A DNA stretch of 42,214 bases, from positions 1-42,214 of IMG/VR virus record IMGVR_UViG_3300002460_000067; one strand, given 5' to 3'. Every line of letters starts with the position of its first letter. Positions within the stretch are counted from its first letter, which is position 1. The notes under the pieces were generated by a model. The model was not told where the DNA came from. It saw nothing but the letters and a program-made list of their open reading frames with translations, and ran no database searches. Shown piece after piece: positions 19,510 to 28,500 of this stretch. This stretch comes from a virus. Both the position numbers and the translations under genes were made by a program.

Positions 19510-20796
19510 TCAGCGACGCAGACAGGTCAATGAATTGCGAATGGCCACCGTCCACGCGCGGAGGCGGGGCGGTAGGGTTAGCGTGCGTCTGGCCGCCAGT
19601 GTCAGCGCAACCGCGGCCTGGGCGAACGCTCTGGTGAGCGCGCCCGCGCTCGTGAGCGTGCCCCCAAGCGTAAGCTTCGCCTTTCGGGCGAGCGCGCCGG
19701 CACTGGTTAGGGTGCCGACAAAACTCTTTTTGGCCTTGCGAATCAGCGCGCCACTGCTGGTCAGCGTGCCGCCTACCGCCTGCTGGAAAATGTGCAGGAT
19801 TTGACTGGCCAGTCCGCCCGCGGTCGTAAGCACACCCGCCAATATCTTGGATGTTTCACGTGAAACATTGCCCGCGCTGGTCAGTGCGCCCGTAAAGCTC
19901 TTCGATGTCTCGCGTGTGAGCGTGCCTGCACTCGTGAGCGTCCCCGTCAGCGCCACATACACGGTACGTATGGCGGCCAATGCGCCACTGCTCGTCAATG
20001 TCCCCGTGAGAGCTTTGGATGTTTCACGTGAAACATTGCCAGCACTGGTCAGTGCTCCTGTCAGCGCCTTGGCGCATTTACGGACAAGTGTGCCGGCGCT
20101 CGTGAGTGTCCCGGCCGCGCTCTGGGTGTAGGTTGTGCCGCCCGCCGGTTTGATGCTGACGGCGACACAGCACCAGTCGTTGACAGCGCTCAGGTCGTTA
20201 GCTGCGCCCAACTGTGTGGCCGCGGGACTGACTACACTTTCGTACCAGACTGAACAGGAGGTCAGCGCGCCACCGCTACCCGCTGTGTTGTTGATGCTAA
20301 TCTGCGTTTCGCCGCCAGGAACCGTAAATGTACTGTTGCGATGCGTCCCCACGGCGACCGCCCAGGCGTTGGCGGTGACGGTCGTGACACTGACGAGCAT
20401 ATCATCGTCGTCGGTCACTGGCGGCCCCGCGGCGCTGCCGGTGGCCTCAATCGCGCCGCTGCCGTTTGTGCCGCTGGTGTCCATACCAGTAAAACGACAA
20501 GCGACAGCGAGTGCGGGTAGCGTGTTGCTGGTAACGGTGACGGTGATTTGCCCGGCGCTCGGACTCGCACCCATCGCACGGAAAATGTGGACGCCGTTCT
20601 GCGCTTGCGCATTGTCTACCGCAATGGACTCGACAAAGGTCAGGCCGTTGCCGCTAACGCTAACAGTGCGCGTTTCATCGCGCACCGCCACGAATACCAG
20701 CACCAGTTCGTTTGCGCCTGGTGTCCAACTGGTGAGTGTGAAACTCGCCTGATCCGGCGTCGAGCCGGTGACGGTTTCAGCGACAGCAATCGCCAT
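19510..20796 (-). CDS. virion protein with C-terminal array of ~18-aa repeats
   Basis: About 9 repeats of xxxGxLTSAGxLxRxxxK (for example ALTGALTSAGNVSRETSK). Confidence 0.65.
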   Translation of the reverse strand: MAIAVAETVTGSTPDQASFTLTSWTPGANELVLVFVAVRDETRTVSVSGNGLTFVESIAVDNAQAQNGVHIFRAMGASPSAGQITVTVTSNTLPALAVACRFTGMDTSGTNGSGAIEATGSAAGPPVTDDDDMLVSVTTVTANAWAVAVGTHRNSTFTVPGGETQISINNTAGSGGALTSCSVWYESVVSPAATQLGAANDLSAVNDWCCVAVSIKPAGGTTYTQSAAGTLTSAGTLVRKCAKALTGALTSAGNVSRETSKALTGTLTSSGALAAIRTVYVALTGTLTSAGTLTRETSKSFTGALTSAGNVSRETSKILAGVLTTAGGLASQILHIFQQAVGGTLTSSGALIRKAKKSFVGTLTSAGALARKAKLTLGGTLTSAGALTRAFAQAAVALTLAARRTLTLPPRLRAWTVAIRNSLTCLRR

Positions 20797-21147
20797 TTAG
20801 ACCGCCGCCAGAATGCCGGTGACGGTAATCGCGCCGCTTGTCCACGCTGAGATACGCGCCCGAAACTGCGCCAATCCCGTCACGTCCACGCGAAAGATGC
20901 CGTCCGCGGTGGCGGTAAGGGCTGCCGTCCCTGTGTCCAGCGGCGTGACAAGCAATCCTTTCCAGTTCGTACTGTCAATCGTGGCCTCCCAGGTGATTGT
21001 AGCCGTGGTAATGCCCTGCACCTGGAGCGCTAGCTGTTTACACGCGCCGCCCGCCACCTCTGTACATTCAATGGCTGTGCCGTTGCCGGTCGCGACCGCG
21101 GCGGGTTGCATGACGACAGTTTTGTACTGGCCGCCCGAAACTTGCAT
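20797..21147 (-). CDS. small beta-rich virion-module protein (116 aa)
   Basis: ATG 21147 follows GGAGGGGGA. It is the internal Met of track ORF 20797..21216. Confidence 0.55.
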   Translation of the reverse strand: MQVSGGQYKTVVMQPAAVATGNGTAIECTEVAGGACKQLALQVQGITTATITWEATIDSTNWKGLLVTPLDTGTAALTATADGIFRVDVTGLAQFRARISAWTSGAITVTGILAAV

Positions 21148-21148
21148 G

Positions 21149-22060
21149 TTAGTTATCCCCCTCCGGTGCGATTTGCAGCCAGTTCGTACCGTCGCCAAGA
21201 AGCTGGAGAACGTCATACTGACTCAATGCCGCATTGCCAGACAGTTTCAGCGTGCCGGTGTCGGTGAAGGTGATGGTTGTGGCCGCCACGTTCGTGATGA
21301 TGAGCAGCCGTCCGGCTGTCGGGTTGGCAATATCACTCGTGCCGGTGTTTGCCGTCGAGCTAATCGGAACATAGGTGCCGAGTGGGGTCACGGTGCTCCC
21401 ATCGCTGACGACAATCGTCGTCTGGGCAGTAATGGTTTCCCAGCCGCCGACGCCCAGATCATCACCGACCGTCACATCATCCACAGACGTTACGTCGTCG
21501 GCCGTCAGCAGACCGGTGTTACTGACGGTCACCAGGTCAGTCCCGCTACTATTTTCAACAACGAACGACGCACTGGTCTGTGTGGTGTAACCTTGCACCG
21601 TGAGTTGTACAGCGTCTGCCGCTCCATCAATGATTGCATTGTCAGCAACCGTGAGCACGCCACCGCTGTCGGATACATTGCCTTGCAAATCGCTGGTACT
21701 GGCGATCACCAATGCGCCCGCATTGCTGATGGTAGCTACGTCTGTCCCTCCACTGTTTTCGACGACAAATGATAGGGTGGTTTGCGTGGTGTAACCCTGG
21801 ACAGTAAGCTGAACGGCGTCCGCCTGGCCGTCAATGATTGCATTATCGGCAACCGTGAACACACCTTCAGTGTCACTCACATTGCCTTTCAGGTCACTGG
21901 TTGAATCCACCTGGAGCGTAGACAGCAGCCACACCTGCCCATGTGCGCGCAGGTCGGTAACGAAATCGAACCAACCAATACCGCTGCCTTGTCCCAGCGC
22001 GGTTCCTCCTGCCGCCAGGAGGAATACACACACAAATAGCGAAATGAGCATCTTTCTCAT
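21149..22060 (-). CDS. signal-peptide protein with two 68-aa tandem domains
   Basis: ATG 22060 follows AGGAGGAACT. The N-terminus MRKMLISLFVCVFLLAAGGTALGQ looks like a signal peptide. Repeats begin at DLKGNVSD.. and DLQGNVSD... Confidence 0.65.
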   Translation of the reverse strand: MRKMLISLFVCVFLLAAGGTALGQGSGIGWFDFVTDLRAHGQVWLLSTLQVDSTSDLKGNVSDTEGVFTVADNAIIDGQADAVQLTVQGYTTQTTLSFVVENSGGTDVATISNAGALVIASTSDLQGNVSDSGGVLTVADNAIIDGAADAVQLTVQGYTTQTSASFVVENSSGTDLVTVSNTGLLTADDVTSVDDVTVGDDLGVGGWETITAQTTIVVSDGSTVTPLGTYVPISSTANTGTSDIANPTAGRLLIITNVAATTITFTDTGTLKLSGNAALSQYDVLQLLGDGTNWLQIAPEGDN

Positions 22061-22068
22061 AGTTCCTC

Positions 22069-22650
22069 CTAGCGTAGGTAGAAAATCTTGATAGTCAGCG
22101 CGCCCGCTGTCACCAGGCCCCAATCGGAGCCGGCGGTAATGGTGAGCGTGACTGTTTTGGCGGTCGTGTGAATCTTTGTACCACTCACCGCGCCGCCGTC
22201 AATGGCCGCGATGGTCGTGAATACGTCGAGCGTGCTGGTGTTGTAGCGGTCTGTATCCGTGCCATCGCCGACGATCAGCGCTGCCGAGGTGTCCCCTGCA
22301 AAGCCCGTTACATCCTGGATGATGGTTTGCAGCACCCAGGCGCCGGCGGGGATTTGCGTCTTGAGCGCGTAGGTGCCGGCCGCCCCGCCGCCATCGGTGA
22401 AGTCCGCCAGCGCCACGGTTTCAGCCAGGCATTGCAGCCCCGCCCAATCGTTATCCGCGCTGTCGTTTTTGAGCTTGACAAGCGGCAGATTCACCAAGTC
22501 GTTGGTCAAGTCGCGCTGCATATACATGCTGCCCGCGCCGACTTGAATCCAGTCGCCACCGTCACCGTCCACCGGGTCAACGCCGTACCATTCGGTTGGG
22601 TTTTGCCCGGCAACGCCGCTTTCCAAATACTCAGGGTAGTTGTACCACAT
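22069..22650 (-). CDS. hypothetical head-associated protein (possible decoration protein)
   Basis: It lies directly downstream of the capsid gene. GGAGG lies upstream of the ATG. Confidence 0.5.
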   Translation of the reverse strand: MWYNYPEYLESGVAGQNPTEWYGVDPVDGDGGDWIQVGAGSMYMQRDLTNDLVNLPLVKLKNDSADNDWAGLQCLAETVALADFTDGGGAAGTYALKTQIPAGAWVLQTIIQDVTGFAGDTSAALIVGDGTDTDRYNTSTLDVFTTIAAIDGGAVSGTKIHTTAKTVTLTITAGSDWGLVTAGALTIKIFYLR

Positions 22651-22662
22651 GGTTTCCTCCCC

Positions 22663-23817
22663 TTATTTGCTCGTGCTGAACGTGTGAATGCGCGCGTGTG
22701 CCGTCTCGTTGGCCAACACAAACGAAAATTCTCCAAGAACTTCCTTGACATCATAGTCACCGGTGCTGGCGCGGTCGTACAGGTCGAAATTGCGGAAGGT
22801 AATCCATCCCATCCGGTCCGGTTCAATGATGTACAGGTGGTCGGTCGGACACCATTTGTCATACATCACTTCCAGTTCCCCGAAGTCAGTGACTATGGTG
22901 GTGATGATTGCGCCGCCGCGGTCTTCTGACCGGTCGGTGCGAATCGCGCCCTTGAAGAAATTAGAAATTTTGCGCCGTCCCCAAGCGCCGCACACGATGG
23001 TGTCAGGCGACCCGCCCGCCTCATAACACAATTGCATGTTGTCTTCGATCATCTTCAGGGTGAGCGAAGCGCTTGCCGCGTTCGTGACGTTGGTGGTCAC
23101 GAACTGATTAAAACCGCCCATGCTGCGCGCGGTGCTGGCACTGCCGGCCGCGCGCATACCGTGATAGAAAGACTTGCACAGGAGGATAGCCAGTTTCCCG
23201 GCTTTGCCCCGCGACCCAATGCCATCGCCGCCGCCGATAAGCTTCGACAGGTTGTAGGCCATCGTGTCACTAATTCCGTATTTGGGATTGACTTTCTCTG
23301 ACCCGGTAATCACGACTGCTTCCGCCAAAATTTGCGTGTAGTTGTAAGGTACGCTGATCGTAGTGGTATGGCCGGTGTCGTAGTCTGCACCTTCCAGCCG
23401 CGCGCTGGTCACGATCTCCCAGGCGGTGTCGTCGTCGTGCGTTGCCGCCGTAGTGCCGGCAAAGCCGCGTACGACGGTCGCGGTGTTAGTCGCGACTGCC
23501 GAGACGTACATCAGCTCGCTGCCGACTTTGAGAATATCGCCCTCTTTGAGAATATCGCCCTCGCCGGTCTGCACGTCTACGCCGGTTTCGCTGTCGTCGA
23601 GCGCCTCGTTCAGCGTGCCGGTTCTCGGGCTCATGGTATCCTCTATCCACTCTGCTTTGGTGTTTGGCCAATTGAGCAGGCGGAACTTTTTGGCATTGTC
23701 CAGTCCTAGACGGTTCAGAAGCGGCGCTTCCGTCCAGTCAATCAAATGTACTAAATCACCGATGCCACGCTTGATATTGTTGGTATCGGTGTAGGTTGTT
23801 CGTGTACCCGTTGCCAC
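22663..23817 (-). CDS. major capsid protein (HK97 fold, DUF5309/SU10-like)
   Basis: 384 aa following the scaffold gene. The sequence pattern (..VRGFAGTTAATH.., ..YNYTQILAEAV.., C-terminal ..YIIEPDR..) matches my recollection of the family. Confidence 0.8.
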   Translation of the reverse strand: MATGTRTTYTDTNNIKRGIGDLVHLIDWTEAPLLNRLGLDNAKKFRLLNWPNTKAEWIEDTMSPRTGTLNEALDDSETGVDVQTGEGDILKEGDILKVGSELMYVSAVATNTATVVRGFAGTTAATHDDDTAWEIVTSARLEGADYDTGHTTTISVPYNYTQILAEAVVITGSEKVNPKYGISDTMAYNLSKLIGGGDGIGSRGKAGKLAILLCKSFYHGMRAAGSASTARSMGGFNQFVTTNVTNAASASLTLKMIEDNMQLCYEAGGSPDTIVCGAWGRRKISNFFKGAIRTDRSEDRGGAIITTIVTDFGELEVMYDKWCPTDHLYIIEPDRMGWITFRNFDLYDRASTGDYDVKEVLGEFSFVLANETAHARIHTFSTSK

Positions 23818-23820
23818 TGT

Positions 23821-24534
23821 CTACTCCTTGAAGCGTTGCTTCAATATATGGCGTGCGTACCCTATCGAATCCTTGCGTTTCAGTAACCGTGCGGCTTCGG
23901 CCTCCCATTCGTCGTCAGGCGTGATAGAAGCCCCACCGCCCAGATCGACATCGTTGGCCGCGCGTTTCTCTGCTCTAGCCGCTGCGGTGGCTGCGCTGCG
24001 TTGTGGTAGGTTTTTCAGCGCGTAGTCCGCTGCTAAATCCCATGCCTCATCTGCGTCTTGTGCGTTGGCGTATGCCTCGTACGGCACCCCCACCTCCGCG
24101 AAACGGTTCGTAATTCGCTGAAAGATTTTCGCCCGCCCCTCTTCGATTTGCTTCTGCTGCTGTAGCGCAGATAGCATTCGTTTCAGTTTGTTGTTCTCGA
24201 ACGCGAGCTTTGACGGCTCATCGAGTCCTTGCGTTTGCAGTTGTTCAAGCTGCTGCTCGTACCAAGCCTGGCGCTGCGCGTCTCCCTGGCGCTGGCGTTC
24301 GGCGCGGTCAAGCGCGCTCTGCAATGCCGCGTGCTTTTTGTCCTGCTCACTCTTCCATTTGCGGAAGTTGGGATCATCGTCCAAGGATGGTTTCTTGGTC
24401 GGCTTCCCCTGCTCTGCCTCTCTCGGCTGTCGTCCGGCTTCGTCGTCGCCTGTCGATAGGTCTGTCACCTCTGGGGTAACTACCTCTTCAACTGCGCCGT
24501 CATCCCCGGCCAACTCTTCTATCAGCTTGGCCAC
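23821..24534 (-). CDS. scaffolding protein
   Basis: Highly charged and coiled-coil-like, immediately upstream of the capsid gene. GTG 24534 lies 8 nt after GGAG. The upstream part of the track ORF covers a terminator. Confidence 0.7.
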   Translation of the reverse strand: MAKLIEELAGDDGAVEEVVTPEVTDLSTGDDEAGRQPREAEQGKPTKKPSLDDDPNFRKWKSEQDKKHAALQSALDRAERQRQGDAQRQAWYEQQLEQLQTQGLDEPSKLAFENNKLKRMLSALQQQKQIEEGRAKIFQRITNRFAEVGVPYEAYANAQDADEAWDLAADYALKNLPQRSAATAAARAEKRAANDVDLGGGASITPDDEWEAEAARLLKRKDSIGYARHILKQRFKE

Positions 24535-24564
24535 TGGTTTAACTCCTGTCGTAAGGTTTGGGAA

Positions 24565-24600
24565 ATAAAAAAGGCCACGTCTCAATTTGAGACGTGGCCT
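24565..24600 (-). terminator. Intrinsic terminator (minus strand)
   Basis: 12-bp stem spanning 24572-24600 with a 5-nt loop. On the minus strand it is followed by TTTTTTATTT (24571-24562). Confidence 0.8.
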
Positions 24601-24741
24601 TTCGGTTTCCCGCTAAGCGTATTTAGTTGTGCCCCGTAGGGCTAGGCGTCCAGGTAGGAATTGCACCCCAAGCGGTAGCTTATGAGACTACCGCCGCACT
24701 GCGCCCTGTCCGCAAACTTCCCGTGCCGCCACTTTGCTGGC
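24565..24741 (-). ncRNA. Non-coding leader / candidate ~175-nt RNA between promoter and terminator
   Basis: Bounded by the promoter at 24748-24776 and the terminator at 24565-24600. It has no credible ORF or SD and contains several hairpins, for example GCGGTAG/CTACCGC at 24672-24694. Confidence 0.55.
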
Positions 24742-24747
24742 ATCCTT

Positions 24748-24776
24748 AGTATATGCAATCTGGGGCTGATTGTCAA
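24748..24776 (-). promoter_or_regulatory. Near-consensus sigma70-type promoter upstream of the capsid genes
   Basis: Minus strand: TTGACA (24776-24771), a 17-nt spacer, then TATACT (24753-24748). Confidence 0.7.
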
Positions 24777-24792
24777 TAGTTGAGAATGATTC

Positions 24793-25164
24793 TCAGCTAC
24801 CATTCAAGGCTTTTTCATGCGTGGCGCGTTCCATTGCAATTTTTGCAGCGTGCTTCGGCGTGTTGGCGCGAACCCAGATCCTCCAGCAATCGGGATGGCT
24901 TTTATCTATATCGTCTCTCCACTCATCCGGGAACAGTACCGCAAAACACCCGCCCCGGTCAGTTGAATAATGGACTCGGTAGGGCAACCTTCCTCCGTGC
25001 TCTGGCATAGGGCCTTCGTTCAGTGTCCACTCTTCAGCGAATGCCTTCTGCTCCCCAATCGCTTGAACATGCGCAAGAGCAACCGATTTATGAGCCTCAT
25101 CGTAAACCGCAACAATATGATAATCGGAATAGGAACCCTCGGTAACGACATAAATTTTTTCCAT
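24793..25164 (-). CDS. hypothetical protein
   Basis: Track ORF of 123 aa. Confidence 0.6.
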   Translation of the reverse strand: MEKIYVVTEGSYSDYHIVAVYDEAHKSVALAHVQAIGEQKAFAEEWTLNEGPMPEHGGRLPYRVHYSTDRGGCFAVLFPDEWRDDIDKSHPDCWRIWVRANTPKHAAKIAMERATHEKALNGS

Positions 25165-25172
25165 AATTTATT

Positions 25173-25418
25173 CTACCATCCTGGCCGCCACCCGCGCAAG
25201 CCTGGTCGCCACGGCGCTTGTGCGCCCGGCTGCGGCATCAGGTCCATGGTCATGCGCTGCGCGTTCACCTGCGGCATTAGACCCGCCGTCTGTTGTACGG
25301 TCAAGGGTTTGGGTGGGGCAGGGTCCTTGGCTCCATAGTGCCAGTTGATATTGCCTACGCCGTCGATCCAGGCGGGGCGTTTAATGCCCGTCTGCTCTTC
25401 GTATTCGTCCCAATTCAT
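25173..25418 (-). CDS. hypothetical protein
   Basis: ATG 25418 lies 8 nt after GAGG. The track start is GTG 25427. Confidence 0.55.
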   Translation of the reverse strand: MNWDEYEEQTGIKRPAWIDGVGNINWHYGAKDPAPPKPLTVQQTAGLMPQVNAQRMTMDLMPQPGAQAPWRPGLRGWRPGW

Positions 25419-25527
25419 GGTTGACACCTCACTATATTTCGTGCTATGGTATGCGTATCCGGTTGGACAGTGGCGGGTCAGTGTAGACGACTAACCGCTT
25501 TTCGGGGGAACTGTTCAGCCGGATTTT

Positions 25528-28500
25528 CTATTGCGTTTTTATTCCACGTATCCACGACGGCGACCACTTGCGCGGCTCGCCTGGTCGCAGTTGTTTCCCG
25601 GCATTCAGCCAATCCAAATCAATCTGCGGGTTCTGGTAACTGGCCATGCGTGGCGGCTCTGCTAATCCGCTGGCCATGCTCTGGCCGTACACATTCGGCA
25701 TATTGACGATTGTTTTGCGCTCAGTCGGTTGGTAGCCGCCGTATCCACCATGAGCACCCCCGCCGCCTCCACTGCGCGGCGTGTATTCTTTCTTCTCTCT
25801 GCCATACCACCAATCCGCCCACGCGTTATACTGCGGGTTCTTCTCGTACCATAACCGGCGCTGGGTAGCGTCCCACCCGCGCTTGAACTGAGAAACAACA
25901 TCCCAAATGTTGTCGCCGAACATTTCTTTGGCCGTCGCATAGTCCGCGCCGAAGTTATATTTAAAATCGTCGCTGCCTTCCTTAGATTCGTCGTAGTTGG
26001 CGGGTCGGCCATTCAACCATGCGCCGAAGAGAAAGGCTTTGGGATTCTTGTCGTAGTATTGCGCTCTGGCCGCCTTGGCCTCTGGCGTGTCGGCATAGGC
26101 GGGTGTGAGCGCCCAGCGTCCCAGCGCGTCATCGCCAAACTCTTTGAGCGCTGGAGCCAATTCCTTGCTGTTGTAGGCGTACAGGTTGATCGCACGCATG
26201 ACGGGATTTTTAGTAAGGTACTCCTTACGGGCATCTCCCTTGGGAAGCGAGTAATACTCGTCCCACATGGCCGCCCCACCCGTATCAAAGAACTTTAGCA
26301 CGGCGCTGCGCCTGGCCGCCCACTCTGCGCGGGTCATCTCGCCCTTGACCCATTTGTCATTCATCGAAGCATAGTCGCGCGCTGTCTTTAGGTCTGCGCT
26401 GCCGGTTGTAGCTGCGGTGGGCTGCTCACCAGGCAAGGGCGAAAAGGTTGGCTGTACTGGCGCCCCCTTGCGCGTGCTGCCGGTCGCGCTCATCTGTGAC
26501 GGTATAGCCTCACCGCCCAGAATGCTCGCATTCAGTTCGTTAGCGCGCTGTGTCCAGGGATTAGATGCAGGCTGGTTCAGCACATTATCCCAATTGCGAT
26601 TGACCCACGGGCTGGGCTGTTGTTCCTCAGCCGGCGCATAGGGGTCGAAGGTTCCCAATGCCTGCCGTTCGCTACCCACGGGGCGCGGCCCGGTGTAGCC
26701 TTCCCCCGCGCCTGCGTTGGGGATAATCGCTTCATCCTCTGGCGTGGTCGTCGCGTTGGGATCATAACTCGCCTGGTCAACGTCTTGGAATTCTTTTTTC
26801 CACTCCTTGTAGCCGGTGTAGAGCATGTGCTCTTCCGGGTTGGCCTTCAGCCACGCTACAAAAGCGGCCTTGCCTTCGTTCGGTACGCTGTTGAGAATGT
26901 CGAAAATGTTGGGACCAAATATCTTGACTGCCTCGTCATAGGCGGCCCCGTAACTGTCTGTACCTCTGGCGTCACCAAAGCGCCGCCCTTTTAGCCAGAG
27001 TTTGGCCGCTTCTGCATTCGGATACTGATCGTTAAATGCCGCGGCCTCAGCGTAATAGGCGTTTAGTTGCGCCTCTGTTGCCCCATCGCCGGGATGCTTG
27101 GGCCCATTCTGCACCATCGCGAACGCGTCCGCCCCAAAGCGTTTGACAAATTCGTCATACTCCTGCGGATGGAAGCTGGCAAGCATTGCCTGATCGACAA
27201 GCGGGTTGGCTTGCTTGTATGCCTTGCGTTCTTCCCCAGTTTTGGGCAGGGCGTAATACTGAGATAACAACTCATTCCCTGCCGCCCCCATGCGCTCGTC
27301 TACGTTCTTCTCGTTCAGCTTATATTGCGCGTCCTCTACCTCTTCAACAAAACTTTGCCGGTCGCTCCAGGCTTTTTCCACATCCCCGGCATATCTGTTC
27401 TCATACCCGCGCAATAGCTCACTGGCGTACATATCCTTGACCATCTTACGCGCGGCATCCTTCCAGGGATCAGGGTACGTGTCATCCTGATTCAGCAACT
27501 GCGTGAACTGGCGGTCGTAGTAGTCGAGTCTGGCGGTGTCCCATTTGGCTTTGTCCAGGTAATAGGCTTTCTTGTCCTCTGGACTGGCATCCTTCCCGGG
27601 GTAGACAGGCTTCCCCGCCGGCTTGTGACTGAGAACCGACTGCACAAATCCCGCGGCATGTTCAACGGGATTCATGTAGGTAGTGTTGAGATGTTTGGTT
27701 TCCTTCTCCGGCAATGATGGATACTTCGCCTTGAGTTCCTCTACCCTATCCCAGAAAGGTGATTTGAAATCATTTACCTCTTTGCTCGTGGCGTCCGGAT
27801 TGTCAATTAAATATTTAGCAACCGCCTGCGTCATCTCATTCATAATGACGCCGTGCGCGTTATAGTATTCGTTCTGTACGGCCTTCTCCCCTGGGCGCAA
27901 CCGTTTGCGATCATCACCCTGCGGATAGAGAACGCTGTAATTGAAGGTGGCGTCAAAGGCTTCGGGCTGCATTCCGGTGTAAGCGTTGACGGCTTCTCTG
28001 CTGCCGTAGGGGTTGGTTACCTCATTGTAACCTAACTTTGGGCGCGTCTCTTTCATCTCGCGCATCTGCTGTTCTTCGGGCGACAGGTTATAGCCCGGTA
28101 TGCCGGTGAGAAATGCCATTGCGCGGTTCTGAAATCTATCCCACCCTGCCGCCGATGCGCCCTGTTGCCAGGCCCCGGCTGCCCCGGCTGATTGCTCCGG
28201 TAGCGGTTGACTGCCCGTCTGCTGCTGATAGCCTACGTCACTGGCCCACATTGCATCCTGCGGGTTGACCTCCCCGCGCAGTCCGGCAAGCGCCACCTGT
28301 TTCCCGGCGCGCCCATAGTCGTATTCGTCGCCATAGGATAGCGCGCCCTGCGGTCCCATCTGACCGGTCATGCCCTGCCGCGCGTAGCCCGCAAGCTTGT
28401 ACAGGGGCAGGACATCCCCCAGTTGGAATTCGTCAGTTCTCCTCTTGCCGCCCGGTAATGGGTTGCTCTGGTCGAGCGCGTAGTTCATCGCATAGCTGGC

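Noticed and set aside
19851-20038. Diversity-generating retroelement or other targeted-variation system acting on the repeated tail or virion gene segments.
   Set aside because: There is no reverse transcriptase and no template/variable repeat pair with adenine-specific differences. The duplicated segments are ordinary in-frame protein repeats.
24640-24720. Possible tRNA-Met on the minus strand: the hairpin GCGGTAG/CTACCGC (24672-24694) has a loop reading CTCATAA, the classic CAU anticodon loop.
   Set aside because: With CAT fixed at positions 34-36, I could not build a 7-bp acceptor stem, a D-arm or a T-arm (there is no GTTCRANYC-like loop). The stem is also 6-7 bp rather than 5. I treat it as part of the non-coding late leader.
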